From assembly GCA_963729625.1 (NCBI GenBank), contig CAVSOU010000007.1, forward strand, positions 448,001-512,000: 64,000 nt of DNA. Reading direction: 5' to 3'. Shown here in pieces: positions 33,901-43,404 of this stretch. This DNA is from an uncultured bacterium. Its GTDB lineage: Bacteria; Chloroflexota; UBA5177; JANWHV01. Both the position numbers and the translations under genes were made by a program. Under the pieces are notes generated by a model. It was not told the origin of the DNA. It worked only from the letters and a program-made list of their open reading frames with translations, and did not search any database. How positions within the stretch are numbered: position 1 is the stretch's first letter; every line of letters begins with the position of its first letter.

Positions 33901-34603
33901 GCAGGCGAGCGCTGCATCTGGTGATCGCCGCTCGACCGCCAACCTGACGAATGCCCGGGCCACTATCGCCTACGCCGATCCCGCCAAGCATGACCAGGCC
34001 ATCGCGCTCCGCCAGCACGCCATCGACCTCTACCGCGAGCTCCATGACTGGAGCGGACTCTTGCTCGCGGTCAACGATCTGGCCAGAGCCTACACCGATG
34101 ACAACCGGCTCGACCTTGCCGCTCAGACCTTCGGAGAGGCCCGCCGCATTGGACAGCGGCTGAAGCAGCATCGTGCGATGGCCGGCGTGCTGAGCGGCAG
34201 CGGCACGGTCGCCAGCCTCCGAGGCGACACTGCCACGGCATGGGCGTTCTGGCATGAAGCTATGGAACTTGCCCTCGCGGCCGGCAACGTCGCGATCCTC
34301 GAGGAGTGTGAGATCGGCCTCGCGGACGTCTGGGCACGAGCCGGTTTCACCGAGCAGGCCGCCGTAGTGCTTGGCATGATTGGCCTGCAGCCCAGCGGCA
34401 AGCCATGGCTGCCGCTTCCGATTGAAAGGGTCAGTGCCTTGGTGCGGGCGGCGCTACCCGCGCCACGATGGGAGGCACTGCTGCGCCACGGCGCCGGCCT
34501 GGCGGCCACGGACGTGGCGCGCCTGCTGCTGTCACGCACCGGTCCACTCGACCTGCCCGGAACTATCTCGCTTGAGGCTGCGGGGTCCGAGCCCCCAGCC
34601 TGA
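30911..34603 (+). CDS. GGDEF - degenerate AAA - STAND NTPase - TPR fusion (putative diguanylate cyclase)
   Basis: DLDNFKSINDAFGH, RTND..GGDEF; GAPGVGMS; GHGGVGKT; LHQLLRQYA; ELDNLRSAL; helical repeats. Confidence 0.88.
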   Translation: MTGHDAKPHLSDDGATERTDPLTGALPREALASVFDTAQHVATSIGLLMIDLDNFKSINDAFGHATGDVVLQTFAADARSVLRTNDTLIRYGGDEFVVVLPSASLAAAHEVAERVRISVAGHAMPTTPPLTVTISVGCSCTDATTPQLSLTDLLAQADGRLYQAKRRGRNQVVSVEDVPSAAEAAEVAADTQGRLIERDGAFTQALTWLDAVLAGERGLLRVVGAPGVGMSRFLEAVARMAHLRGYQVLTLTGSPALRFRQYGALSDALSSAPSGEQHDAHELLEVPAPGEARGFLVILDRVSDIDASTLELVWQLVAHPGAGRIGVVVGHNPAAAEVGRLPDLPVRAEVLLQPFSVSGLQVWLRTALRWEAPTDFSTWLYAQTDGYPALLQAALQHVRADGLLMRQSNGSGWDVSPLFREYDLRGLLQRERARAEEASELVRPYGLLVGRTDELRTIKQSIAGEQLVVLAGHGGVGKTHLALQAAAEVGPLFADGVVVVPLAATTTVEFVALALVHALALAVVGQQEPYAVAVEYLTARDMLVVFDGAEDLAGIGVLVHGLLAAAPKLRVLATTRDAAVIHARSILTLGGLHDHDEIVRADAGVASGAALLAALAECARATPASNLYLLASGHGVPGTLPDVATVTAIRRLCRLVHGYPLAIKMLAGWTTFFGYEELVERVTEQFQTAPIGEVLDDDEPENSPLPTVFGFFWTLLAEHDRRCISGLALFRGGFTAEAAREVAGATPFLLAALGDRAFIQSDRAGRYHLHQLLRQYASTWLQQDAAATAELKRRHALWYLRLAEAAAEDMRGPHFGDWVERLEAELDNLRSALTWALQHAPGAGLQAAVGLIEFWLAGFNAREGQSWLELTIACAEDSAEGLAPTLRMTALGRLGRLERHCGDTDAARLHLVAAVDMADGDQAGSDRELAYSLSTLANIESDLAAHGKAVDLAREAMNHVRRISSPKEVAFTANMIVWPLIFAGALDQASRVADEGLQASAASGDRRSTANLTNARATIAYADPAKHDQAIALRQHAIDLYRELHDWSGLLLAVNDLARAYTDDNRLDLAAQTFGEARRIGQRLKQHRAMAGVLSGSGTVASLRGDTATAWAFWHEAMELALAAGNVAILEECEIGLADVWARAGFTEQAAVVLGMIGLQPSGKPWLPLPIERVSALVRAALPAPRWEALLRHGAGLAATDVARLLLSRTGPLDLPGTISLEAAGSEPPA

Positions 34604-34910
34604 TCGCGTGGTGGCCAGTGCCAACGCCTGCGTCTGCTACTCTGGCTTCTCGTCGTGGCTCATGCGGGCGCTGTGGCTCGCCGGCTCGAGGCGCGCAGGC
34701 ACCAGGATTCGAAGGCCCGGAACTCGGGTCCGTGTCCCCAGCCGCAAGGTAATGCGGGTGGTCGTGCAGGTACTCTCCATACTGGTCCGACGGAGATGTG
34801 GCACGGAATCGCTGGCCGATGGCCAAGCACGCTCGCTCCGATTGCCCAGGAGGACGCCACGGAGCGAAGCCGGACCACCGCGAAGCGAGGCGCTGCCGGA
34901 CGTCCGCGCG

Positions 34911-36248
34911 TCAGGCGACTTCCAGGCGTTCGCGCGCGTACCGCCGCAGCGTCTCCAGCAGGCAGTAGCGCGGCTGATCGCGCAGGTCCGCCTGCACTAC
35001 GGAGGCTTCGACCAGGCGCGCCAGCAGATCCGGGACCTCACCCGGCGCGAGCGGCGGTTCGGCGCAGACGGCTTCCGCCGATTCGAGCGTAAACCAGCCG
35101 GGAAACGCGGCGAGACGCAACCACAAGATGCGCTCAGGCTCCGTGAGCAGCTCGTAGTCCCAGTCCAGCATCGCACGCAGCGTCTGATGGTGCCCGGGCG
35201 AGCTCGGGCCTGTCGCATGGAGAAAATCGGACCTATCTGGTAACCGGTCGGCCACGACACGCACCCCCAGGCTGGCTACTCTCGCCGCCGCCAGCTCCAG
35301 GGCGTGCGGCAATCCGTCCAGGTGGGCGCAGATACGACTGACGGCCTCGGCGTTGTCCTGGGAGAGCACGAAATCAACCTGCGCGGCCCTGGCCCTCTCC
35401 ACGAAGAAGTGAATGGCGTCGACCGCGGCCAGGTCCTCCACACGTGGAAGAGGGTCGAGCGAGGGGACGGCAAGCGGTGCGAGACGGAACAGCCGCTCGC
35501 CGGGCAAGCCGAGGACGCGGCGGCTTGTCGCGAGGATCTGCAGCGTGGGGCATGCGCCTAGGAGCGTGCCGGCGAGCCGAGTGCACTCGTCCCGCACGTG
35601 CTCGCAGTTGTCAAGCACGAGCAGGAGCGTCCGGGGGCGCAGCGCCTCGACAAGCGCCTCGAGCAGTCCCCGGTCCGCGGGTGGGAGAATGCCGAGCATC
35701 TCGGCCAGCGCCTGGGGCAGCACGGCCGGCTCGCTCAGTGAAGCAAGCTCCAGGAGCCATACACCATCGCCGTAGCGGCCGCGCACGCCGGCCGCGACTT
35801 CAAGGGCAAGGCGCGTCTTGCCCACCCCACCAGGGCCTGTAATCGTGACCAGCCGGCCCTGCTGGAGCAGGGCCGCGGCCTGCGCGATGACCGGAAGGCC
35901 GATGTAGTCGTCGAGAGGTGACACCAGATTGCCTCGGGCGGGAGCCCGTTTCGCGGCCGGCCGCGCCTTCTGCACGCAGTCGCCTTCGCCGTAGAGCGCC
36001 GATGCCGGCCGGGGCTGGGTCACGCGCGCAAGTATCAGTAAGGCCGCGCGATCCGTCTCCGTGAGGTCGAGGGCCAGTGCCAGTCGGCCGGCGGTGTCTC
36101 GGTAGGGTTGGTGCACGCCTCTCTCGAGGGCGCGGACGGTCCGCTTGCTGACTCCGGCTCGTGCTGCCAACGTCTCCTGCGTCATTCCGCGGGCCAGCCG
36201 GTGGCGGCGCAAGACCAGCCCAAATGGTTCGACAACAACTTCACCCAT
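34911..36248 (-). pseudogene. XRE-HTH plus STAND ATPase regulator, C-terminally truncated
   Basis: FGLVLRRHRLARGMTQETLA HTH; GPGGVGKT; LVLDNCEH; LDGLPHALELAA; stops at LLETLRRYARERLEVA* with no TPR region. Confidence 0.75.
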
Positions 36249-36594
36249 GTGGCACCTCGCGGAGTGATGGAAGATGCCGATCGCCCAGACCTCGGTTGCG
36301 GTCGAGGATGGGCCTGCTTCCGCACGCAAGCAGCCCCTGCCGCATCTATGGTGCCATATCTCGCGCCGGCGTGGTGTTGACCTCACGTGCAACCTGGCTT
36401 GCACGCGCCGCTCCGACTGAATCAGCCACGGAATGCAGGGGCCGTGCCGAGAAGTGTTCGATGGCTTCGACAAGCGAAGGCGCTTGATTCAGCTCCGGTT
36501 GATGCCATGGACAGACAGTATTCGTGTGCGACGGCTCATTGGTGTCCGGCACTCTCCCGCAGTACGTGGGACGCGGGACAAGGGGCGATCGGAC

Positions 36595-39500
36595 TTAACC
36601 GGCGGCGTGTGCCAGGAGACGAGATCCGTGGCGCAGCGACTCCACGCCTGCGGCAATCGGCGTCTCCGCGATCTTCTCACTGGGCCGGCCAAGATAGTAG
36701 CCCTGAACGCCCTGCACGCCGCGCGGGAGCGTAACCCCTCCCGGGCCGCACTGCCGAACGAAGTCGAGCATCTCCCGTGTCTCGATGCCCTCGGCAATCA
36801 CGTAGGCGCCCATTCCGCTCGCGATGGAGATGATGCCCGCGAGCACGGCCCTCGCGGTCCTGTTCGTGAGTGCTCCATGTACCACGCCGCTATCCACCTT
36901 GATGAAGTCCATCGGAAGCTGGCTCAGCATCTCCAGCCCCGCGTTGCCGGCTCCCGTGTCGTCAAGCGCCAGCCTGAAGCCCGACCCGCGCAATCGCTTG
37001 GCATCACGCACGACCATGGCCAGACGCGCCATCGAGCGCTCCGTCAGCTCGAGCACGACACGCTCCGGTGCCAGCCCCGCTGCGCGCACGGCGCGCTCGA
37101 GGCTATCGTGCGCCAGCAGTCCGTGGTCGAGCGTTTGTGGCGAGATATTGATGAACAACAGCGCGTCGGGCGGAAGCTCCGCGGCCCTGCCCAGGATGGC
37201 GCGCCTGCAGACTGCGTCCAGGTCCTGCGCCCGCCCCATCTTTTCGGCGATATCGAATGCTTCCAGTGGACCGGCCAGGCCGAGCTCCGCGGGAGGCCTG
37301 GCCAGCGCCTCGTACGCAAACACGGTGCCCCGGGCCACGTCCCAGATCGGCTGGAACGCCACGCCCATGATCTGCTCGCTGATCAGTCTGTGTACGATCT
37401 GGCGCTGCGAGGAGGAGCTGATTGACGCACTGTCCTTCACCTCGTCGTACGTCGCGACTCTGTTGCGGCCACGCCGCTTTACGTCCTCTAGAGCCGCGCG
37501 TGCCTGTTGCTGCAAGGTGTCCGAGTCCGTATCTCCCATCGCGAGCGCGGCGACGCCGACACTCACGGTCGCTCCGGCCAGCCTCAGCTCGACTTCCCGG
37601 CGAAGGTGTTCCATGCTGGTGCGCGCCTCCGCGGGCCCGGTATGCGGCAGAATCAGGGCAAACTCGTCGCCGTGCACCCGGAAGGCGCGTGCCTGCCGGC
37701 AGGTATCCCGCAACATGCCGGCGACCTGCGTCAGGATGCGATCGCCGTGCGCCTGACCGCGCCGGTCGTTGATCAGCTTGAACTCGTCGACGTTTATCAG
37801 GGCCAAGGCGACTTGCTCTCCGTGGCGTGCGGCACGCTCGAGCTCTCGCTGCAGCTCTTCGCGGAACCAGCGATGGTTCCCCAGGCCGGTCAGGCCGTCG
37901 GTGAGGGCCGCGCGGGAGAGCTGGCGGTTCACACGCTGCAACGCAGCCATGCTCTCCTTGGTCTGCCTGACATATTGGCGCTGCACCCGGTGCATCATGA
38001 ACGCCGGCAAGGTGAACACGAGGGCGCCCAGATACCCTGTCTCGGCATAGGCGACGCCCAACAGGAGACCCACACCGCAGAGGGCCACGTAGTGCCCGGC
38101 GAGCCAGCGGTACTGGGCCAGCCAGGTTGAGCGTGCCTGCTCCCCCTCGCTCAGACTGAGCGCAGCGGCAACCAATCCCGTGTCGATCAAGAAGTATGCC
38201 GCCGCCGCCATCGCCCCCGGTGCGGCCAGTCCCGGCAAGGACCGCGCTGTGAGCGGGACGCCGGCGACTTGAATCAGCAACGCGGGCGCGAAGCCCGCCA
38301 GCACATGGGTGGCCCAGTTGTACGCCGCCCGGTGCAGGTGCTCGATATGCCGGCCACAACGGAAATGATGGGCGAGTGCGACCGCGGCGCTGACGCACGC
38401 GACGCCCGGAATGCCGCTCAGCAACGCGGCCGCAAACACGAGGCTGACGGACACGGAGACCGTGCCTCGCCCGTAGAGGTCGACCTGCGCCACTTCGGCG
38501 AGCACGGCCAGGGCCATAAAGAGCCAGATTGCCCCCGGCGCTACCTGTACACCTTGCCGCAGGCCGATCGCGGAGACGGCTGCCCCAGCGACGATCACGG
38601 TGGCGACGAACACCCATTGCAGCCAGGAGCGCTCGGCAGGCTCGCCGGGCAGCTGCGGCGGAGCGGGCGGGTTGGAGAGCTCGGGCTCCGCGCTCGCTTC
38701 GCCCGCTACATGGTCCGCCGGCATCCCCCGGCCCAGCGTTGCCGGAAGCGCGTTTGGCGCCTGAAGCGTTTCTGCGGAGGTGCGGCCCGGGTCGTGGGGC
38801 CCTGGCTTCGCTTCAATCCGTCCGCCAGGCACATCGGCCGCACAGACCACACAGTTCCGTCCTCTTGCCTTCGCCGCATAGCACGCCAGGTCGGCAGCTT
38901 GCACGAGGTCCCTGGCGTTCTCGCCGTCTTGCGGATAGCCCGCCACGCCCAGGCTCATGGTCACGCCTATGGGCTCGGCGCTGGTGGCCACCGTGAATCT
39001 CGCCGCCGCCACCGCCTGCCGCAGGCGTTCCGCCAGGGCCTCGGCCTCGGCAGGCTCGCGCTCGGGGGCGACCACGGCAAATTCTTCGCCGCCGAAGCGG
39101 CCGGCCACATCATATTCACTCGCGGTCTCCCGGATGACCCTGCCGATTCCTGCCAGCACCACGTCTCCTGCGAGGTGGCCGTACGTGTTGTTGATGTCGC
39201 GCAGCAAGTCGAGATCGGCCATGATCAGGGCCAGAGGCCTGCCGAAACGGCGGGCTCGTTCCAGTTCGGCGTCGAGCTGCAGGTTGAAGTGTCGCGCGTT
39301 GTCGAGTCCGGTCTTGCCGTCGATGTTTGCTTCATGTTTCAGCTGGGGAACCATCAGCGCTTGATAGATCAACACCAGCGGTGAGAGTGCCGCCACGGTG
39401 TACCAGGGCTCCACCTGCCAGAGCGCGGCAAGCACGAGGCCCATGAGGGCCATGACCAGGTCGAGGGTGACGCTCGTACTCTCCATCACGCCGGATTCGC

Positions 39501-40017
39501 GCCAGGACACTCCCCGCGCCAGGACCAGGGCGAGGCCCAGCAGCAGGTGGTTGAGGATCACATAGGCTATCGCCGTGAGCAGTCCGGCAGCCACGCGCGG
39601 CGGCACAATGCCGCCGGGGACGTCCACGTCGATCTGCAGGTCGAGCCATCCGGCTCCCAGGCCGCCAAGGCTGTACATGGAGAAGTTGAACGGCTGCAGG
39701 TACCAGCTGCGTAGGTGAGGGCTATCGACCCATCGCTCCCTGATCCACTCGATCGCGTGCGGCACGGCGACGAGGAGGATCACCAGGAGCGGCGGCAGGA
39801 GGAGGGCGCCGGCGAAGAAGAAAATGGGGCTGGCATAGAAGAGTATGTGATTCGGCGCTTCGGCCTTGAAGAGCTGCGCGAGGGTGGCGAACACGGCGAG
39901 CGCGGCGAACGTCTCCCAGGTCACCGGCGTCGCGCTGAACGAGTGCAGCGCCGCCGCGGACAGACCAATAGCCAGCAGCATTACGGAGCCCACGTAGGTC
40001 CAGGCCGGCTTCGACAT
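36595..40017 (-). CDS. Multi-TM sensor - GGDEF - second TM sensor - degenerate GGDEF - EAL protein
   Basis: Two hydrophobic blocks; RFGGEEF; RVHGDEF; YEALAR, LELTE, LDDTGAG, AEGIE, QGYYLGRP. Confidence 0.92.
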   Translation of the reverse strand: MSKPAWTYVGSVMLLAIGLSAAALHSFSATPVTWETFAALAVFATLAQLFKAEAPNHILFYASPIFFFAGALLLPPLLVILLVAVPHAIEWIRERWVDSPHLRSWYLQPFNFSMYSLGGLGAGWLDLQIDVDVPGGIVPPRVAAGLLTAIAYVILNHLLLGLALVLARGVSWRESGVMESTSVTLDLVMALMGLVLAALWQVEPWYTVAALSPLVLIYQALMVPQLKHEANIDGKTGLDNARHFNLQLDAELERARRFGRPLALIMADLDLLRDINNTYGHLAGDVVLAGIGRVIRETASEYDVAGRFGGEEFAVVAPEREPAEAEALAERLRQAVAAARFTVATSAEPIGVTMSLGVAGYPQDGENARDLVQAADLACYAAKARGRNCVVCAADVPGGRIEAKPGPHDPGRTSAETLQAPNALPATLGRGMPADHVAGEASAEPELSNPPAPPQLPGEPAERSWLQWVFVATVIVAGAAVSAIGLRQGVQVAPGAIWLFMALAVLAEVAQVDLYGRGTVSVSVSLVFAAALLSGIPGVACVSAAVALAHHFRCGRHIEHLHRAAYNWATHVLAGFAPALLIQVAGVPLTARSLPGLAAPGAMAAAAYFLIDTGLVAAALSLSEGEQARSTWLAQYRWLAGHYVALCGVGLLLGVAYAETGYLGALVFTLPAFMMHRVQRQYVRQTKESMAALQRVNRQLSRAALTDGLTGLGNHRWFREELQRELERAARHGEQVALALINVDEFKLINDRRGQAHGDRILTQVAGMLRDTCRQARAFRVHGDEFALILPHTGPAEARTSMEHLRREVELRLAGATVSVGVAALAMGDTDSDTLQQQARAALEDVKRRGRNRVATYDEVKDSASISSSSQRQIVHRLISEQIMGVAFQPIWDVARGTVFAYEALARPPAELGLAGPLEAFDIAEKMGRAQDLDAVCRRAILGRAAELPPDALLFINISPQTLDHGLLAHDSLERAVRAAGLAPERVVLELTERSMARLAMVVRDAKRLRGSGFRLALDDTGAGNAGLEMLSQLPMDFIKVDSGVVHGALTNRTARAVLAGIISIASGMGAYVIAEGIETREMLDFVRQCGPGGVTLPRGVQGVQGYYLGRPSEKIAETPIAAGVESLRHGSRLLAHAAG

Positions 40018-40206
40018 GTCCGTCCTTTCCCAGCTTGCACCAATGCGGGCCGGGAGCGCAACCCGGCCGCTTCAACAGGAGTTATCGGCAGAAGGTGACC
40101 CCTTCAGCAGCCGGAAGCGGCTGAGTAAGCGGCAGAGTTTAGGGCAGAGTTGGAGCGCTGCCCTCATCCGTTGCCCGCCTGCAACGGGCGCCGCTAGCGC
40201 ACGAGA

Positions 40207-40231
40207 CCGGGGCAGGGTGTGCCTGCCCCGG
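40207..40231 (-). terminator. 10-bp-stem GC hairpin between the S8 and GGDEF-EAL genes
   Basis: CCGGGGCAGG-GTGTG-CCTGCCCCGG; no U tract. Confidence 0.4.
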
Positions 40232-40276
40232 CCAAGAGACGAAACGCGGGATCGCGTAGCCGTTGCTTCGACTCGG

Positions 40277-41857
40277 CTAGCCCCAGTAGTCGCTGCCCCA
40301 GCTTGCTGAACCCCAACTGGCCGAACCCCAGCTGGCTGAACCCCAGCTGGCTGAACCCCAACTGGCCGAACCCCAACTGGCCGAACCCCAACTGGCCGAA
40401 CCCCAACTGGCCGAACCCCAACTGGCCGAACCCCAGCTGGCCGCCGGATTGCCGGTCTGAATCGAGGCTGCCGGGGCCACACCGACGTTGGCGCTTGCCG
40501 TGCTGGGGTTCGCTACAGCCGCCGCCACATTGACCTCACCGGCACCCACCCCGCTGGTCGAGGCCACCGGCGAGGCCGTGGCCGTCAGGCGGTACTTCAC
40601 CTGATTCGGGGTCAAGCCGGGTTGGGCCTGCAGCAGCAGGGCCACCGCCCCGGAGACCATCGGCGCCGCCATCGACGTGCCGGACATGCGGAAGTAGTTA
40701 CTGTTGACGATGTTCGCGGGATGAGCGGTCGCCAGCGTATCGGAGGGACTGGCCAGGACGCTGACGATGTTGACTCCTGGCGCCACCAGATCCGGCTTGT
40801 TCATTAGGGACGTAAGCCCCGCCGTCGTGGAGATCGGGATGGTGCCAAATGAGGAGAACGATGCCAGGGTGTCGTCGCTCTGGTTTACCGTACCCTGGTC
40901 GTTCACCGCGCCCACGGTGATCGCGAAGGGGTCGTTGGCCGGGGCGAACAGCACCCCGGCGTTGGTGTTCCCGTTGTTGCCGGCTGAAACTACCACTACG
41001 ATCCCGGCATTCCAGAGCGTTTCCACCGCGGCATCCAGCGGATCCACCTGGTAGCTGTCGGCCACGGTGCTGTTCAGCGACAGGTTGACCACCCGGATGT
41101 TGCCGGTCGTCCGGTTGTTATACACCCACTGCAGACCGTTGACCACGTCGGACACGGAGGCCATGCCCTGATCGTCACTGATCTTGACGTCGATGAGATT
41201 GGCCTGGGGAGCGACGCCGATATAGGCCCCGGCAGAGTTGGCACCGTTTCCGCCGATGATCCCGGCTACATGGGTGCCATGGCCGTAGGGATCACCGCCG
41301 AAAGTCGTCCTGCTATTGATAATCTTCATGGCGACCATGTGCTCTTCGATAGCCGACGCCATGCCGCTGTCCACCACCGCGACGCCAACTCCCTGCCCCT
41401 GATACTGGGACCAGAGGGAGCCGGCGCCAATGGACTGCGGATAGACGTCATTGAGCGTCGCCGCGTTGCAGCAGCTGTAGCTCGACTTGACCACCGGCGC
41501 GTCCAGCGACACCCAGCGCACGCCGGGCATGGCGGCCAGACGGGGCACCGACCGGGCCGGCAGCCGCACGGCCAGGGCGTGGATGATCGGAAGCCGGCGC
41601 GTCACACGAGCGCCCAGACCGTCCAGCCCCCAGTTGACGCTCTGCCCGGCGTCCCGCAGCTGCACGATCACGCCGACCTGGGCGTCGGGGTGCGCCGCAG
41701 CCAGCTGCAGTAGGGCGGGCTGGGCGCGCAGCGGTGCCGCCGCCTGCACCGGAGAGCGTCCTTGCAAGGGCAGGCAGGCCGCTAGGCCCAGCAGCAGGGC
41801 GACACACAATCTGGGCAGGCTAACCGACCGGTTCACTGTTCCATCTCGCGCACTCAA
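40277..41857 (-). CDS. Secreted subtilisin-family (S8) serine protease with C-terminal (ASWGS)10-DYWG tail
   Basis: Signal peptide, prodomain, catalytic VVDSG / HGTHVAG / MSGTSMAAP, SAGN oxyanion motif. Confidence 0.95.
   Translation of the reverse strand: MSARDGTVNRSVSLPRLCVALLLGLAACLPLQGRSPVQAAAPLRAQPALLQLAAAHPDAQVGVIVQLRDAGQSVNWGLDGLGARVTRRLPIIHALAVRLPARSVPRLAAMPGVRWVSLDAPVVKSSYSCCNAATLNDVYPQSIGAGSLWSQYQGQGVGVAVVDSGMASAIEEHMVAMKIINSRTTFGGDPYGHGTHVAGIIGGNGANSAGAYIGVAPQANLIDVKISDDQGMASVSDVVNGLQWVYNNRTTGNIRVVNLSLNSTVADSYQVDPLDAAVETLWNAGIVVVVSAGNNGNTNAGVLFAPANDPFAITVGAVNDQGTVNQSDDTLASFSSFGTIPISTTAGLTSLMNKPDLVAPGVNIVSVLASPSDTLATAHPANIVNSNYFRMSGTSMAAPMVSGAVALLLQAQPGLTPNQVKYRLTATASPVASTSGVGAGEVNVAAAVANPSTASANVGVAPAASIQTGNPAASWGSASWGSASWGSASWGSASWGSASWGSASWGSASWGSASWGSASWGSDYWG
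40292..40441 (-). repeat. 10 x 15-bp tandem repeat encoding ASWGS
   Basis: Units such as GCC AGY TGG GGT TCR; variation between units is synonymous. Confidence 0.95.
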
Positions 41858-42039
41858 TGGGTCCTCCTTTGCGCTCTACACCTGGATTGCGCGTGTGCAG
41901 GACGGCTCCCAGATTCATTTCCCAGGAGATACCATTCCTGCTCCACACGATTGTACTTTGGAGGCAAGGGCTCGAACACCCCTAAACGAGGGGGCACACT
42001 CTTGCTAGCCCGTCTGGGTCGTCGGTTGCATGGCGACGC

Positions 42040-42705
42040 CGATACGCGCGCGAGCGCGGCCAGCGAGGCGCGACTGGTGAAGCCGCAATCGGCGACGATG
42101 CCGGCCAGTCGACGCGCACCCACGACCTGCCGCACGCGGCGCGCGAGCACGGCAGCCAGGGCGGCTTCTCGGTGCCGGCCGCGCCCGAGCACGTAGGTGA
42201 TCACCTGGCCCGTGCCGGTATCCACGGCCAGGTAGAGGCGATAGCCGCGTAGCCGCCGACTGCGTCCACCCGCCCACCCTTTGAGGAAGCGCGTCAGCTT
42301 GCCCCGGCCCCAGTACGGCAGCTGGTGGGCATCCAGGGCCACCCACACCCGCCCGGAGCGGCTCGTCAGACTGGCCTAGTAGGCGGTTTCGACCGACCGC
42401 CGCACATCGTGGGCGGAGAATGCGCGCACACTCCGCGCCAGCGTGCGCGCACAGGGCAGGCGGCGCAGACCCAGCAGCACCGGCAGTAAGGGTTCCGCCA
42501 GCAGCCGCAAATGAAACGGCCGCCCGCTGCCCCGCCAGGCCAGCACCAACCAGAGCAACGCCAGGCTCAGACTGGAGAGGCCGCGCTTCGTCCGGGCCAA
42601 AAAGCGCTCCAACCCCAGCCCTTGCGCATACACCAAGAGCGCGGGCAGCGGCACGACGTTCGTTGGTCCGCTCGCCGACATCCGGCCGCTTGGTACACTT
42701 GCCAT
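42040..42705 (-). mobile_element. Degenerate DDE transposase fragment (IS4/IS1380-like), internal TAG, 3'-truncated
   Basis: ORFs 42376-42780 and 41854-42348 share a frame, separated by TAG at 42376-42378; LPCARTLAR, VALDAH, IVADCGF. No terminal repeats recognised. Confidence 0.65.
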
Positions 42706-42879
42706 GAGGGATCGCCTTCCTGGTTCCGGCTTTGATACTACCTTCCAGGATGCGCGATCCCTCCGTATTGCGAGGCTCAACTGTCCAATCTACGCTAGCA
42801 CTTTGGCGCGGCCTATCGCATCGGACGCCAGGCGGATGGGCACCGGCGTTATGACCAGGCCTCAGGCAGTTGGTTGCAT

Positions 42880-43404
42880 TTAGGAGCCCCAGTTGGCGTT
42901 TGCATGCACCGCTTGCGCGACGACGGTCGGAACCACCACCGTGGTGATGGCCTGGCCGCTCAGGCCCGACACCGTCGACGCCTGGTACAGCACGGTTACC
43001 ATATCGGTTGACAGCACCCTCGCCGTCACAGAAACGGCCACGGCCGGGCCGCTCACGCTCGCCGTGGTCACGACGGTGTATGTTCCGGGGCTGCCGTCGG
43101 CTACATAGGTGTACGATTCGTTCGCGCCGGTAAGCAGCTCACCCGTCACGGCGCCACCCTTAGGACCGTGGATAGCGTATGTGACGCACTGCACCTGCGA
43201 GCTTGCCGCCGATATCGTGGCGACGACCTGGATCAGTGTGGTGGACGAGCCGGACGCCGTGGGCGCGGAAACGAGCAGAATCGGGTCACGCCGGCTGGCC
43301 ACGGCGGCGTGCGCGCCCTGGGTCTGCGGGAGGATCCCGCCCACGGTGCCCGCCGCTATCGCCAGACCAGCCAGGATGCGTGTGATGCCTGTCAGCTTTG
43401 TCAC
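42880..43404 (-). CDS. Secreted beta-rich protein ending ANWGS (paralog A)
   Basis: GGAGG RBS; signal peptide ending AHA; clear paralog at 52926-53444. Confidence 0.88.
   Translation of the reverse strand: MTKLTGITRILAGLAIAAGTVGGILPQTQGAHAAVASRRDPILLVSAPTASGSSTTLIQVVATISAASSQVQCVTYAIHGPKGGAVTGELLTGANESYTYVADGSPGTYTVVTTASVSGPAVAVSVTARVLSTDMVTVLYQASTVSGLSGQAITTVVVPTVVAQAVHANANWGS

Noticed and set aside
40292-40441. Tandem repeat as a CRISPR array
   Set aside because: 15-bp units with no spacers, in frame within the S8 gene, and no cas genes in the window.
40072-40533. Alternative-frame repeat ORFs (VRPVG)n, (LGFGQ)n, (PNWPN)n
   Set aside because: Shadows of the ASWGS repeat; substitutions are synonymous only in the S8 frame.
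42376-42378. Programmed amber read-through in the transposase
   Set aside because: The gene is also truncated downstream and no recoding machinery is visible.
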